Positions 1 to 14,130 of a stretch of DNA of 64,000 nucleotides are shown here, in pieces. A program made the translations under genes and the position numbers. Within the stretch, counting starts at the first letter, position 1, and each line of letters opens with the position of its first letter. Source of the DNA: the human T2T-CHM13v2.0 reference genome, Homo sapiens; NCBI RefSeq assembly GCF_009914755.1, contig NC_060925.1; one strand, written 5' to 3'. The notes under the pieces are model-generated. The model worked only from the letters and a program-made list of their open reading frames with translations. It had not been told where the DNA came from and did no database searches.

Positions 1-289
1 GGCAGGACCTGGCCAGGGCCCCTGCGGAGGCCCTGTGGATGTGCAGGTGTGCACGACTCAGGTGAAGCAGGGCATGCTGCATGGTCTGTACCAGTGTTGA
101 GGGAGCACCCGGGTGTGCCTCAGTCAAGGGTGGCTTTCCAGGGCAGGGGACAGGTGAGCTGCAGGTGCTAATTAGAACCATGAAGATGGAAGAGGCCATC
201 CAAGGGGCTTCCTGCTGAGAGCAGTGACAGAGGTGGCCACGGGCTGGGGGAGCATTCATGACACATCTGAGGAGCCTGGTGATGCTTTA

Positions 290-682
<393 letters not shown>

Positions 683-3099
683 TTACTTACTTTTCGTAAT
701 AACCTCGTGAAGGAGGTATTCTTCCCACTTTATAGATAAGGACACTGAGGCTCAGATGCTAAAAGGCTTGTTTACATTTGCACATCTAGAGGGTGACTCC
801 AAAGCCCTGTTCCTGCCCTGTAGCCTTTGCAGATTTCAACCACCCCCGCCCATGCTTCCTGCTCCCCCGCCACATTGTGACAGATGAAGCCACCACTGGT
901 CAAGCGTGGGCTGCACTCAGCTGGACTGAAGCACACATGTCTGAGGAGGGACTTGGGCCAGGGGCTGGGTTGGAGAAATTCTAGAAAAAAAAGAGCCCAC
1001 ATCTGGAAGATGCCAGATTATGGGAAGAGTGACTGAACTCAGCTCCAACCCCGCTGGCCCCACTGCCCTCCCACTGGGCCTCCTTTCTCCAGAGCAAGGT
1101 GTGCCTGTGACCCCTCCATGGCAGCCCAGGGGCCTTTCAGCCCTCACGTCCACCCTTGCAGTCACCCACACTTCTTTACACCTCACCACCTCCCTTTGCT
1201 TGTTGTTTAGATCTCCAACTTCTGAACGAATCTGTCACGCTGAGTACCAGGCAGAGGTCAGTGTGAAAGACAAGGGGGTCAATGACCTGATCCCCTCCTG
1301 GGATCTCAGAAAAAAACAAAGATGCACACGACCCTGCCCACGGAGGGGGCCATGCCGCTGGCCCGACCCCTTGACAGTGGCTTTCTTGTTCAGTGAGATG
1401 AGTGGCTCTTCCGAATAGGGATACTAGTTGGTTTGCTCACATAGATGTCACTACTGGACTAAAAGATGCCTGTCCCCCATTGTGTGGCATGCCAGCTGCG
1501 ACCGTGAGGTCACTGAGCTAACGACACTCAGCTCATGCAGGTCACACACAGCGTCAGCATTGGAGACAGATCATCATCCATTTTACCAACAAATGGGGAG
1601 GTGGAAGGACTTCCCACACAGAACCTTGAGCTAGGTCTTGAATACAGAGTGAGACTTTAAATTAAAAGAATTAAAAGAGGGCGTGCATGGCAGGGGCTGG
1701 GCAGGAGCAGGAGTGTGGAGATAGACCCTTGTGGCATGCTGTGGGACTAGTGGGTGACCAGCCTGGTTCCAGGGCTTGGCATGGGGAAAGGGTGGCTGTT
1801 TGTCCTGGAGAGGAGGTGGGAACAGATGTCATGGGAGCCAGGCTTCGAGGCCCAGACCTGCAGATGGTTGGAACTGGAAGCTGGTGAGCCCAAAGGTAAC
1901 CCCCTGCCCCCATCCCCCCACTCCCCCGCTACTGCCCTGTAGCCAGGACACACTGCAGAAAACCCTTGCCTTCCTGGGTCACAGCTTGGAGCCCCTGGGG
2001 ATGGGAGCACCACAGCCTCCTGCTGGGCTCCTAAGCTGTGGAGCCAGAAGGTCTGACCCCAGGACAATCAAGAGGTTTAAAATCCTCAGAATACTTTCGG
2101 AGCTCTGAAAGCAAACCTCTGCTTGGACCCTTTGGGGTTCTAGCTCAGTCAGCTCAGGGTCAGGCCTGACATCTGAATTTTTCAAAGCAGCTCTGGTGAT
2201 TTTGCTCTGCCCTGAGTAACAACCTCACACCAGAGTGGCTGTTCCTCAAAGGCAGGGACACCCAGCCCTGGGCTGGCCAGGAGCAAGAGCTCAGGGGACA
2301 GTGTGGATGGACTCCTGGCCAGGATGGATAATAGGCCAGTTTGAGGCCAAAGGAGGGAGAGTTCAGGAACGAGGGGTTTTAGGACTCAGAAATGCGTCAT
2401 ATCTCCCCCCTGAAGGTTTAATTTTCCCTTCATAGGAAAATGTTAAAGCGGTTCCATTTCTTAGTGACACGGTTGCTCTGCACCAGTCCAAACTCTATAA
2501 TAAACAAATGAAATGTATGAACACGTCCTGGCTTTTCTCAACTTAATATCACATGCATTTCCAGCCAAGAGAACACTGAGTCTGGTGGAGGGAGACCAGG
2601 CATTTGAGAGCCAGAAGGTGGAGAGCTGGACGGGCCTTCGTTGCTGGGTAAAGAAGCCCAGGGTTGGGGGCCTCACCTCAGATCACATGATCGCTTGTGG
2701 TGGAGGCAGGTCGAGGACCCTGGCCTCTGACTTCTGAACAGGATTTTTTTGTTTTGAGTGACTTGTCCAAGGCCACACAGCTAATACATAGCAAGGCCAG
2801 GCTGTGTGACACCAGGGTCCATACAATGGCCTCTAAGGTGCCTCTGTTCTGAGAGAGGGGCAATGCCCAGGCAGTTAGGACAGTCAGCAGGAAAGGGCAG
2901 ACAGAACTGCCTGCCAAGGGTCCTGGCTTCCTCCACCAGTGCACTTATTTAGCTGTTCTGTGATTGTCTATTTTCCTGTCAGTCTCCCCAGCAGTCTGTG
3001 AACACCACAGGACAGTCTCTCCATCATCTCTGTGTCTGCAGCACCCAGCACAGGGCCAAGTGTCCAGAAAGCACAATGCATGATTGCAGGATCCATTAA

Positions 3100-4560
3100 T
3101 TAATTCACTTGACCAGTATTAATGAGCACCTACTATGTGCCTGGCACTTGGCTAGGTGCTGACAACACAGAGTTGAATCTAGGCAGAGTAGCCTCGTTAA
3201 CTTTGCAAAGCTTACAGCCCAGTGGATAAAGAAACCAGTTAACAAGTGAATGCATATAGAATGACAACATATGATATGTGCTGTGGCCGGGAGGGAACAG
3301 GGTACAGTAAGGGAGAGCCAGGGTGGCATGAAGGGGTTGGTGGGGAGGGCCTTCCTAAGAAGATGATGTGCAAGTTGAGATGGAAAAAAAGAGGAAGAAG
3401 AAGAGATGTAAGATGTTGGGGAAGCATGTTCCAGAGGAAGGAACAGCACATGTGGAGGCCCTGAGATGGTAAGGGCTTGGTCTGCTTAGGGAACTTGAGG
3501 CTGGTGGGACTGGAGTATGTGACATGGGATGAGGTGGGGTGGGCGAGGCAGATCATGCAGGGCCTCCTAGACCAGGTTAACGGTCTGCAGGTTGATTCTA
3601 CATGTCATGGAAGCTGTTGAAGGTAAATGAGGGGCAGGGCCCAATCTGCTTTTCTCAAGATCCTTCTGGCCACTGGGTGGAATAGATGGGACGGGGACAA
3701 GAAGTGAGGCGAGGAGACCAGTGAGGTGGCGGTGGAGTCTGGACGTGAGAAGAGAGTGCCCGGGCCTGTAGGGTGGGGAGGAAGCTCCATTCTTCGACTG
3801 AGTAGGCAGAATCCACTGGAACTGTGGATGGGGCTGTGGGGTTGAGAGAAGGAGGATAGCCAATGACAGGCCCGATGGAAGACCTGGGTGATGGAGCTGC
3901 CATTTGCGGACAAGAAGAAAACAGGAAAAGGAGGCAGTTTTCTGGGTGGAACTTCAAGTTGGTGACATTAAACTTGAAGTGTGGCTGGGCACGGTGGCTC
4001 ATGCCTATAATTCCCGCACTTTGGGAGGCTGAGGCAGGTGGATTGCTGGAGCTCAGGAGTTTGAGACCAGCCTGGGCAACATGGTGAGACCCCGCCTCTA
4101 CAAAAAATACAAAAAATAATTAGGTGTGGTGGTGTGTGCCTGTGGTCCCAGCTACTTGGGGGGGCTGAGGTAGGAGGATCACTTGAACCCAGGAAGCCGA
4201 GGCTGCAGTGAGCTGAGATTGTGCCACTGCACTCTAGCCTGGGCGACAGGGCAAGATCCTATCTCAAACAAAACAAAACTTGAAACGTTTGTGAAACATC
4301 CAAGTGGAGATGTCAAATAGGCAGTTGGTTAATGAAGTATGGAGCTCACAGGAGAGGTCTGGGGAGATCTCCATCTGGGGGCATTGGGCTTGTAGGTGGT
4401 ATGTTAAAGCTATGAAATTAGATGAGAAAAGGCTGGAGAAGCTGAACATTTGGAGGTTGAGTAGAAGGAGAGAGACCAAGATGGAGGGGCAGAAAGCAGG
4501 CAAAAAGTTAGAAGAGTGTGAGTCCATAGGGAAGGGCATTTCATGAGGGCAAGAGTAATC
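3100..4560 (-). mobile_element. L2 fragments with a nested plus-strand Alu (3983-4277)
   Basis: L2 3'-end motif GAGCACCTACTATGTGCC and purine-rich L2 body. Confidence 0.7.
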
Positions 4561-5770
4561 AGCTGCACCCATGGCTGTGGAGAGGCCGTGTGGAAGAACT
4601 GGACGTGTCGTACAGATTCAGCAACACAGAGGACTGCTGACCCTGACAGATTCACAGGCTCAGTGAATGACTCCAAAGATGCAGAAAGAGGAGACAGTCA
4701 CTAGAGTGAGTTGAGGAGTCAGGGAAGGCTTCCTGAGGGAGGTAGCATTTCAGCAGAGCCTTGAAGGCTGAGTCCTGAGAGATTTAAATGCTGCTTGCAA
4801 AGGCCTCTGTGCAGAAAATACAAAGCGCCCTTGGCCTGGGGATTATCTCCACTTCACAAAGGGGGGAGGTCCAAGGAGCTGGCTCACTGCTCAGCAGCAG
4901 GGAGGCTGGGAGGCAGAACGCATGCAGAGGCTCATCCTCTTTCCTCTCTGCAGAGGAGTCCTGGAAGATGAAGATTTCTCATGGCCTCAGAGCAAAAGGC
5001 TCTTAGACACCACCTGGAGCAGCCACTCATTATACATCTGGAATACTCAAGACCTGGACAGGGATAGGGTTGCTCAAGTTCACCTAGCACATCAGTGAAA
5101 GGGACCAAGTGATCTCCCATGATTTCCATGGCCCGCACCCTACTGGGTAAGGTCTGAATTCTTCAGCCTGGTGTTCAAGGTCGTTCATGATTGGGCAAGA
5201 GCTCACCCTCCAAATTCATCTCGCACCATCCCGCCCTTGTCCCCAAGTCCCAACCTCCTGAGTGCTCAGCATACACAAGCATATAGTCTTCATGACAACC
5301 CTTCGAAGTAGGTGTTGTTATTCCCATTTTACAGATGAGGAAACTGAGGCGTAGAGAGGTGAGGTAATATGTCCAAGGTTACACAGCCAAGCCAGGCTGT
5401 GATCACTGGAGTATCCTCAGAGTTAGTTCTCTTTTCCCCAGGCCTTGCTGCATTACCATGAACAGCCCCTCCTCTGGGAAGCCAACCCTCAACTCCCTGG
5501 CCTTGAGCTATCTTGGAGTCGGGTCATATCCGTTGATTCCAAATCACCTGTTCTATCCACTAAAAATTCTACTGGATGGAACCAACAACTGGGGCCACTG
5601 AATGACTCAGAAGCCGGCAGCCCACGGCACTGCCCATAAAGGCCCCACGGTCACACTCATCCCAGGGCCTGTGGTTGCTCTCCAGCCACCCACAGCAGGA
5701 GCAGGGCAGCAACAGAAGCCATCCTCTACCCTCCTGGTTCCGGACCACCTGGTCAAACCCCCGCTCTCAC

Positions 5771-5850
5771 CTGGAGACCACCAGTGGCAGGATCATCATC
5801 TTCAGCATCCTCATCAGGAGCTCTCCAGGGAACTGGAAGTAACTAATTTC
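5771..5850 (-). CDS. SLC1A7: SLC1A7 coding exon 2 (80 nt)
   Basis: ttttcag|GAAATTAGT...GTCTCCAG|gtgaga. Translates to [26 protein letters not shown](S), the SLC1-family [12 protein letters not shown] motif, in frame with exon 1. Not present in the ORF track. Confidence 0.97.
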
Positions 5851-6132
5851 CTGAAAACACAGTAAGAACTGGGGTTATAGCAAGAGATGCAGACTGCACA
5901 GTGGTTCCGTTCTTCACAGTCTTTGAAGCACTATCCCATCTGACTCCCCTGTCTAGCACATGGCAGCAGAGACCATGGAGAAAGAACTGGCTTTGGAGCC
6001 ACAGAACTGGGTTCCAATCCTGGTAAACACCCCGCCTCCACCAATCCCCCACAAGCTGTGTGGCCTTAAGCATCTTCTGTGACCACTCTGAGTTTTGTGT
6101 TTTTCTCATCTGTAACATGAGGGTAATAACTA

Positions 6133-6447
6133 CAGTAGTCCCTACTTATTCTCAGCGGACAGGTTCCGAGACCGCCAGTGGATGCCTGAAACCACAGAGA
6201 CTGAACCCTGTGGACGTTGTTTTTTTCCTATATGTACATACCTACGATAAAATGTAATTCATAAATTAGACACAGTAAGAGATTAACAGTAACTAATAAT
6301 CAAATGGAGCGATTAGAATATACTGTAATAAAAGTTATGTGAATGTGGTCTCTCTTAAAATATCTTCCAGTACTGTTCTCACCCATTTTCAGACCATCGG
6401 TAACTGAAATCACAGAAAGCGAAATGGCGGATAAGGGGGGACTGCTC
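6133..6447 (+). mobile_element. MER44-like (Tigger) DNA transposon inside a MIR
   Basis: CAGTAGTCCC...GGATAAGGGGGGACTGCT terminal inverted repeats after TA. Confidence 0.75.
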
Positions 6448-7560
6448 TGCCTCACAGGGTCATTGGGGGGCTTAAACGGGAGAATGCACGCAAGCACTTA
6501 GCACAGCGCCTGGATGACAGCCAATGTTTGGTAATCCTGAAAATAACAGCTCTCCTCCATCTGCACCACGCATCTGCCTAGCCATGGAATAAAATCTCTC
6601 TCGTGTAGCAGATGGCAGGTGACCAGAGGACAGAGCCGAGTACTGTTCATGCATTCATTCAACCCGCATCGTGCCACGCATCACAGTGGGTACCCCAACA
6701 TGAACTAGGCAGGGTTCCTGTCCTGAGAAGTTCCCAGCCTAGCTGGTGAGGAGACCCACTCCTAAGCAGACCATGGCCGCCTTGCGAGTCAGTTTCTCCA
6801 TCTGTTTTGGGTCCATTCTCTAGTGCTTCTCCTCGAAAATGCTGAGAGAGAGAGGATCAGATTGAATGGGTGCAACACCACGCGGTAGAAACAGCCCCCT
6901 TTGGCAGAGTTCTTACGCCTGACCCCTTCCTAGGCCGCTGGCTCCAGCCTGTCCACGGATCTCTGACTAAGGCGCCAACTCCTTGCCCGATAAGCTGTCT
7001 CGCAAGTAACAGTCACGTGACCAGGACCTGACAACTGAAGCAGAAGGGCTGCTAAGCCCAGTTAAATCAGACTTTCAGATAACAACATATAGTTCATTCT
7101 TATACTAAAAAAAAAAAATGCTGTTTATCTGAAACTCCAGTTTAACTGGGTGTGCTGTTTATAAAATTTTTTAACTTAATTCAGTTCTGCTACTTCTGGC
7201 AACCCTGGCATGGGGCCACTTTCTTCAGAGGGTGAGGTTGTGGGCGAGGCAGGCAAATGGACTTTCAAACATCATCCAAGTTGAATTGTTGTACTTGCAA
7301 CTATTTTTTTTTTAACCAAAGCCAAACATACTCGGTTGATGATCTGATGCTTTAAAAATCTCCAAATCATCAAATGTTGGTGCTATGAGGGGACTCTTGA
7401 GATCTTCTAGCCCAGCCCACTCATGTGATAGATGAGGAAGCTGAACCGCAAAAGGGAGGTGACAGACCCACCCAATGTTAACCGCAGCACAGGACCAGGA
7501 CTGCTAACATTTCCAATGCACCAGAAAATCTGCTTTTTAAAGAAATATGCCCATCATGAC

Positions 7561-8717
<1,157 letters not shown>

Positions 8718-8769
8718 GTGCTCTACTGATAAAAAGGCAGCTCTTGCCTCACCTCTCTCTATCCCTATC

Positions 8770-10760
8770 TTGCAACTTCCCAGTAGTGAACATGCTCAGT
8801 TCTTCTAGCTGTTTCCCATAGTATCACTATTTCTAGATAATATGGTCATAATGCTATTTCTTGATTCATCATTTTGACATCTATCAATTTCCCTGCCATG
8901 ATTGATGAGGAGTTAGTTCTTACTCCCTTTCTCTCCACCTATTTCAGCATTATATTTATATCAATTTTTTAGTAAATCAAGATTTACAATGTTTTGATCG
9001 CCAAACAGTGTTTACCATTGAGCCAAGTAATGTACTACAACCATGTCTCCTTGCTTGTAGCCTAAAGTTAATTGACTGATTTTTATTTGTCTTGTTTTCT
9101 GGGAATCACCCACTAATTTCTTCCAAACATTTTAACATGTCTACTAAACTACCTAACAATAGTATTTTCTGCTCTCTCAAGCACATCAGTTCTCTTTTAT
9201 CCTGCCTGGGGCCTTGGTCTGTGAGCTTTCCACCTTCCTGCTCCAGTTTGGACTGACTGCTCTCTAGGCCCAGTGCTTGTCATGGTTTCCTTCTTGGTTG
9301 TCATTCTGGGACTTGTCCTTTAGAGGGCCCCCTGTTTCTGGGATCCTTTGTCCTCTTGGTTTACTTCCTTGTTTTGCTGAAACATCTCCTTTGGTAGCTT
9401 TCTGAGAAAGAGTGGATGGGAGATAAACTTTTCTGAGTCCTTACATGAGTAAAAATGCCTTTATTCTACCTTTACCTCTGATATTAGCCTGGCCATGTGT
9501 GAGATACTTCGTTGGAAATAATTTCCCCTCAGGTTTAGAAGGTGTTTCTCCCTTGTCTTCTAGCTTCCAGTTTGCTTAAGATGTTCAAAGCCATTCTGAT
9601 TTCCTGTTCCTTAGATGAGGTTGGTTTTATTCCACCAGAACCATCCAAAGATCATCAGTTTATCTCCACTTTTTGGTAATTTCATGGTGATGGGCCATAG
9701 TATGGGGTTTTCTTTCTTTTGTAAACAAAATTGACAGTGCTATGCTTGCCTTTCACTTCTGAGAAACTGCTTAGATTCTCTGCAAACTGTTTCTCCTCTA
9801 TTTTTCTTCTGTTAGCTGTCTCTAAAAGTGTCATTAGGTAGCTGGACATTGAACATTCTAATTTTCTTATATTTTCTTTTTCTATTTTCATTTATTTTTG
9901 TTCTAGTTTCTGGGAGATTTCTACAACTTTATCCCAGTTATTGACATTAATTTTTTTTTTTTTTTTGGAGATGGGGTCTCACACCATGTTGCCCAGGCTG
10001 GCCCTGAATGCCTGGGGTCAGGCAATCCACCCGCCTTGGCCTCCCAAAGTGCTAGGATTACAGGCATGAGCCACCAGGCCTAGCCAAAGTTTTTATATTA
10101 ATATATAATATTTGTACATATTTATGGGATACAGTTGGTATATTGTTAAATACACTGTGTAATGTTCAAATCAGGGTATTCAGGGTCTCCAACACTTCGA
10201 GTATTTATCCTTTCTATGTGTTGGGCAGCTACTCACATTTTTATCTTAGTTCTTCTATTTTTAATTTCCCCAGATTCTTTCTTGTTCTCTGATTGTTCCT
10301 TCTTTTCACATCCCCTCTGTTGTACGGTAACTATATCTTCACTCGCAGCTCCAGAAAGCTTAAGAGGAGATTTACAAAGCTTCCTTCTCCTCCCCGCCTT
10401 GTCTCTGCTTCACTAGAGACCCACTTTTCTCTTTGTTTCTCTCATTAGAGACCCCCTTTTCTCTTCGTTTACTCTGTTTCACATTAGGAGCCTCCTCACA
10501 TTTCTGGTGGCGTGGCTTTCTGCTCGTATGTAAGTTTGAAGCGCTAAACTTCTGCATGTATGAGTAGGGTTTGTCAACTGACGGCCCTCAGGGCAGGGTG
10601 ACAGGTGCTGATCTGGCTTTTTCACTGGGGCTGGGTGGGATGGTAGAGGAGTCTCCTTTATAGCAGAATTTAGAGATCTTTTCTCTGAGGCCTCAGTGAG
10701 AGAAGTCTCTTCCTGCCTTTGGCTGAGGAATGACATGGTGCCTAAGCTCAGCTGACAGCG
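8770..10760 (-). mobile_element. Old L1 (L1M) fragments with an Alu monomer (9951-10085)
   Basis: T-rich degenerate L1 antisense sequence. Confidence 0.55.
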
Positions 10761-12466
10761 ATCTGAAACCGTGCTGGGGACCCCACTCAGACAAGGATGT
10801 CTGTTAATTAGTTTGAAGTAGGTGCCTCAGCATGGCCCTCTCCCCAACACACACAGGGGTGGCCCAATACCCTCAAGTCCAGCTTCTCTGGTTCCTTGGG
10901 GCAGGCAGTGGGTGGAGATGGGTGGATGAGTCCCCCAACTGAATTGGAAGGTCCCTAGGGGTCTAACTGCTCTGGTTACAAAACTCCAAACCATGCCCAG
11001 GCTTTCAACCCCAGCCTCACCCTGCCTAGTGCAGCATCTTGCTCTGTTACGTTCTGGAGTCTGCAAGACAAACTGACTTGGTATCAACTTCCACAGACTA
11101 AGATTCCAGCTTTCTGTGAACGAGGTCATCAGCTCCACCCACCTCCATATTATCTAATTTGTTGTAGCCTCTCTATTTCTTTTTCTCAACTGTCTCCTTT
11201 TATATTCTCTTTATTCTTGGTGGTTTTACCTTTTAAAAATCCCATTACTAAAATGTTAGTGGAATTCTAGGAAGGAGGGAAAAAAATGGATACACCTGTG
11301 ATTCACCATGGTTTAACTGGAAGTCTCAAAATGCTCAGTATTTTTAAATGAGACACTCATACACCAAGATAAAATCCTGTGATTTTATCAAGGATAAAAG
11401 TTCTTTTTCACAAATAGAACATTCTACCATTTTCCATATTGTTTATGATTTTTGCCTGTTGCATAAGCTTACAAAACAAGAAGTGTTTAGTTTCTGAGTC
11501 ACAGGCAAAGAGATCAAACAGAGAAATCCCAGATTTCAAAGTAAGATGCTGAGAAAGCCAGTTTCTGCCAAATAATTGTTCTAAGCCTCTACATCCTTCC
11601 TTCAATTTATCTGGCAGGTTAATCCAGACTGGAATACATTTGCATTTCCAAACAGATGGGAAAGGCAGCTTTGGCAAAGTAGGCCCCAGATGAGTTTGGC
11701 TTTTAATAATAGGCATTCCAATTTGTTTTCACAAAATAATCTTCCTGCAGGAGATATATTTTTGTTGCTGAGGAAAATTAAAGAGAACAGATTGCAGATT
11801 TTTTTGTTCCATTGCCAGTTTAATGCAGCAGATAGTTGAGCGTTCTCTCTGTGCCTGACACAGGGCTAGGCTCACGTTTTGGTTAAAAAAAAAAAACAAA
11901 CCCATATGTTGTTCAGCAATATGCAGCTTGGTGGGAGAAAGAGACACCCATATAACCAGCTCTGAAGCCAGGCAGCCAGCAGCGGGGTTACAGTTACTTT
12001 CATCAGCTATGGATGATGAGATGGTTCCTGATGTAGATAGGACTTTAACAGGTACATAAGGGAGGGAGGGGGAAGTAACACGTAGTAAGCACCTACTGTA
12101 TGCTGGGCATTGATGAATCCTTGGTTTATTCCTCATAATAATTCTAGTAGACATATACTGCCCCACATCCCATTTTACAGACAAGGAAACTGAGGCCCAG
12201 GGAGGAGAGAGGATATTGCCTAGCCATTTGCTAGCAGAGTCAAAGTTCAGGGTTTCTCTGCCTCCAGAGTCCATGCTTCTTCCTAAATAACTGCTCGAGG
12301 CTTAACAGGGTCACTATAGTCGTGGCTCAGTTCTCCAGGAGTGGGTGTTTTCCTTTTAATGGAAGACAAAGTCTAATGCCTGACCCCAGTTGTAGAGATG
12401 GCATTAGACATTAGTGAGCTGCGGGAAGAGGACTTTCTGGGAATAGGGACTCTTCCAGGAGCCCAT

Positions 12467-12906
12467 TGACAAAGCCTCTCTCCTTGACCACACTTTAGAC
12501 AGGCTCCTCTGAGCCCTCTTTTCCACTGGGCTTTGTCCTTGGGCCTTGTCTTCAGCCTGCATAGTCCAGCTGTAGCAAAAGTCCTGCCAAGTCAGTTTAG
12601 TGAGGATCCCTCACCCTCCAGCATCCTGATACTGGATCAAATTCCTCATCCCAGATCAATGTCTGATCACCCTGGCCTGCCTTCAACAAGAATCCCCCTA
12701 CCCTGATGTCTCCTGTAGTCATTTTCTGTCCCCGACCCCCTCCCTCTGCTCGCTGGCTATAAATCTCCAGCCATCTTTGTTGTATTTGTGGTTGGGTCCC
12801 ATCTCTCTCCCCAGGAGGTCTTGATAACTACCCCCCTACCACAATAGTCCTGAATAGAGCCTTCCTTACCAGTTTAACTAGTGGCAGAATGATTTTGTCC
12901 TTAACA
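12467..12906 (+). mobile_element. Solo ERV1 LTR (MER31-like)
   Basis: TGACAAAG...TTAACA termini with a 4-bp TSD CCAT on both sides. TATA box near 12758. Confidence 0.85.
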
Positions 12907-13733
12907 CCATGGGAATGTCCCTCCCTCTCCTGTAGGAGATGGGGGCTGACAGGGAAAGGGGCTCTTTCCCAGGAAACGCAGCTTCTTCATGGCAGTTACA
13001 CAGGCTGGAAACCCGGGGCCTGGCTCCCCTTCCTGTCCCCCAGCCCACATCCAATCGGCCCCCACATCCTGAAGCTCCCCCTTTTGAAAACAGTTCTCAC
13101 GTCTGTCCCTTTTGTCTGCACTGCCGCATCTCCCCCAGGCTGCCCCTTCTCGGCCCCCTGCCTGCCCCAGAATCACCCCCTCTCCACTCAGCACCTGAGG
13201 GGTCTCCCAAGCTCCAAACTGGCCTGTCGCTCTTCTGCCCAAAAGCATCTCATGGTTGCCGCAAGCCCACGTGTGGCGATGGGACCTATGGGCCTGCTGG
13301 CCTCTGCGCTCCGGCCGCTGCACCTGGCATCTGCTGTCACCTCTGCCTAGAGCACCCTTCCTGGATCTCTTGTCATTTGAGCAGCCTTTAGGAGGTGTTC
13401 TCTGGTGCCTGTTTGAACTCACACAAGACCCCCCTCTTTCCCCGCCACAGCTCTTGGCCCTGTGTTTGTCGTCATGAGGCACCCTCGCCTCTCCTCACCT
13501 GATGGTGCTGGGTTTGTAATCACTCCCCAGCCACATCACTGGTTCTTCCCTCTAGTCCTGCAAAGTGTTTATCACACCCATGTTACAGATGAGAAAACCA
13601 GGACCCAGAGAGGCAGAGGGATTCACACACTGTCATGGCACCAGGGAGCTGTGATGCTAGAACGGGACCCCAGATCCCTCAGGCCCACACGCCCCTCCTG
13701 GACAGGGGTCCCGAGATGCTCTGGGTGGCTGAC

Positions 13734-13868
13734 CTGTGGTGAGAGGCGCCGGGTCCTCAAGAAGAAGCCGAGGAGGCAGCCCACGATGACAGACAGCACA
13801 GACAGGATGAGGAGTCCATTCCGCCTGCACACGTCCCTCCCCCGTGCCAAGATGGCATGCGGCACCAT
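13734..13868 (-). CDS. SLC1A7: SLC1A7 (EAAT5) coding exon 1, 45 aa
   Basis: Translates to MVPHAILARGRDVCRRNGLLILSVLSVIVGCLLGFFLRTRRLSPQ, the EAAT5 N-terminus and TM1. Strong Kozak context CTCACCATGG. Donor CAG|gtcagc, phase 0. Confidence 0.97.
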
Positions 13869-14130
13869 GGTGAGCCTGGCCTGCTGGCAAGGGGCACAGC
13901 ACCATTCCACGCATGAGAGCCCGGCCGGGGGCACAGGGTCTGGGCTGAGGGCTCTAGCCCCTCAGCAGGCAGGTGGTCGGAGTTGCTAAACACCAGTCGC
14001 CAGCCCCACGGCCATGCCCGTGTGGCCGCCTTAGAGGGAAGCCACAATCCTATTACCAGCTGCATCATTAGGAGCTGGGAGCAGATTAGGGCCTGGGAAA
14101 TTAGAGCAGACCACGTGGTCTGGGAGTTCA
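13869..14130 (-). promoter_or_regulatory. SLC1A7: SLC1A7 5'UTR and proximal promoter (TSS inferred near 14050)
   Basis: Unique GC-rich sequence directly upstream of the ATG. Minus-strand homeodomain cores CTAATG (14066-14071), CTAATCT (14083-14089) and CTAATT (14099-14104). E-boxes at 14057-14062 and 14112-14117. Confidence 0.6.

Noticed and set aside
13869-13934. In-frame 22-aa N-terminal extension of EAAT5 from a GTG
   Set aside because: Non-AUG start in poor context. The AUG at 13868 has a strong Kozak sequence and matches the known N-terminus.
12889-13989. Overlapping 150-193-aa ORFs near SLC1A7 exon 1
   Set aside because: GC-rich intron or antisense frames with no recognisable homology or splice context.
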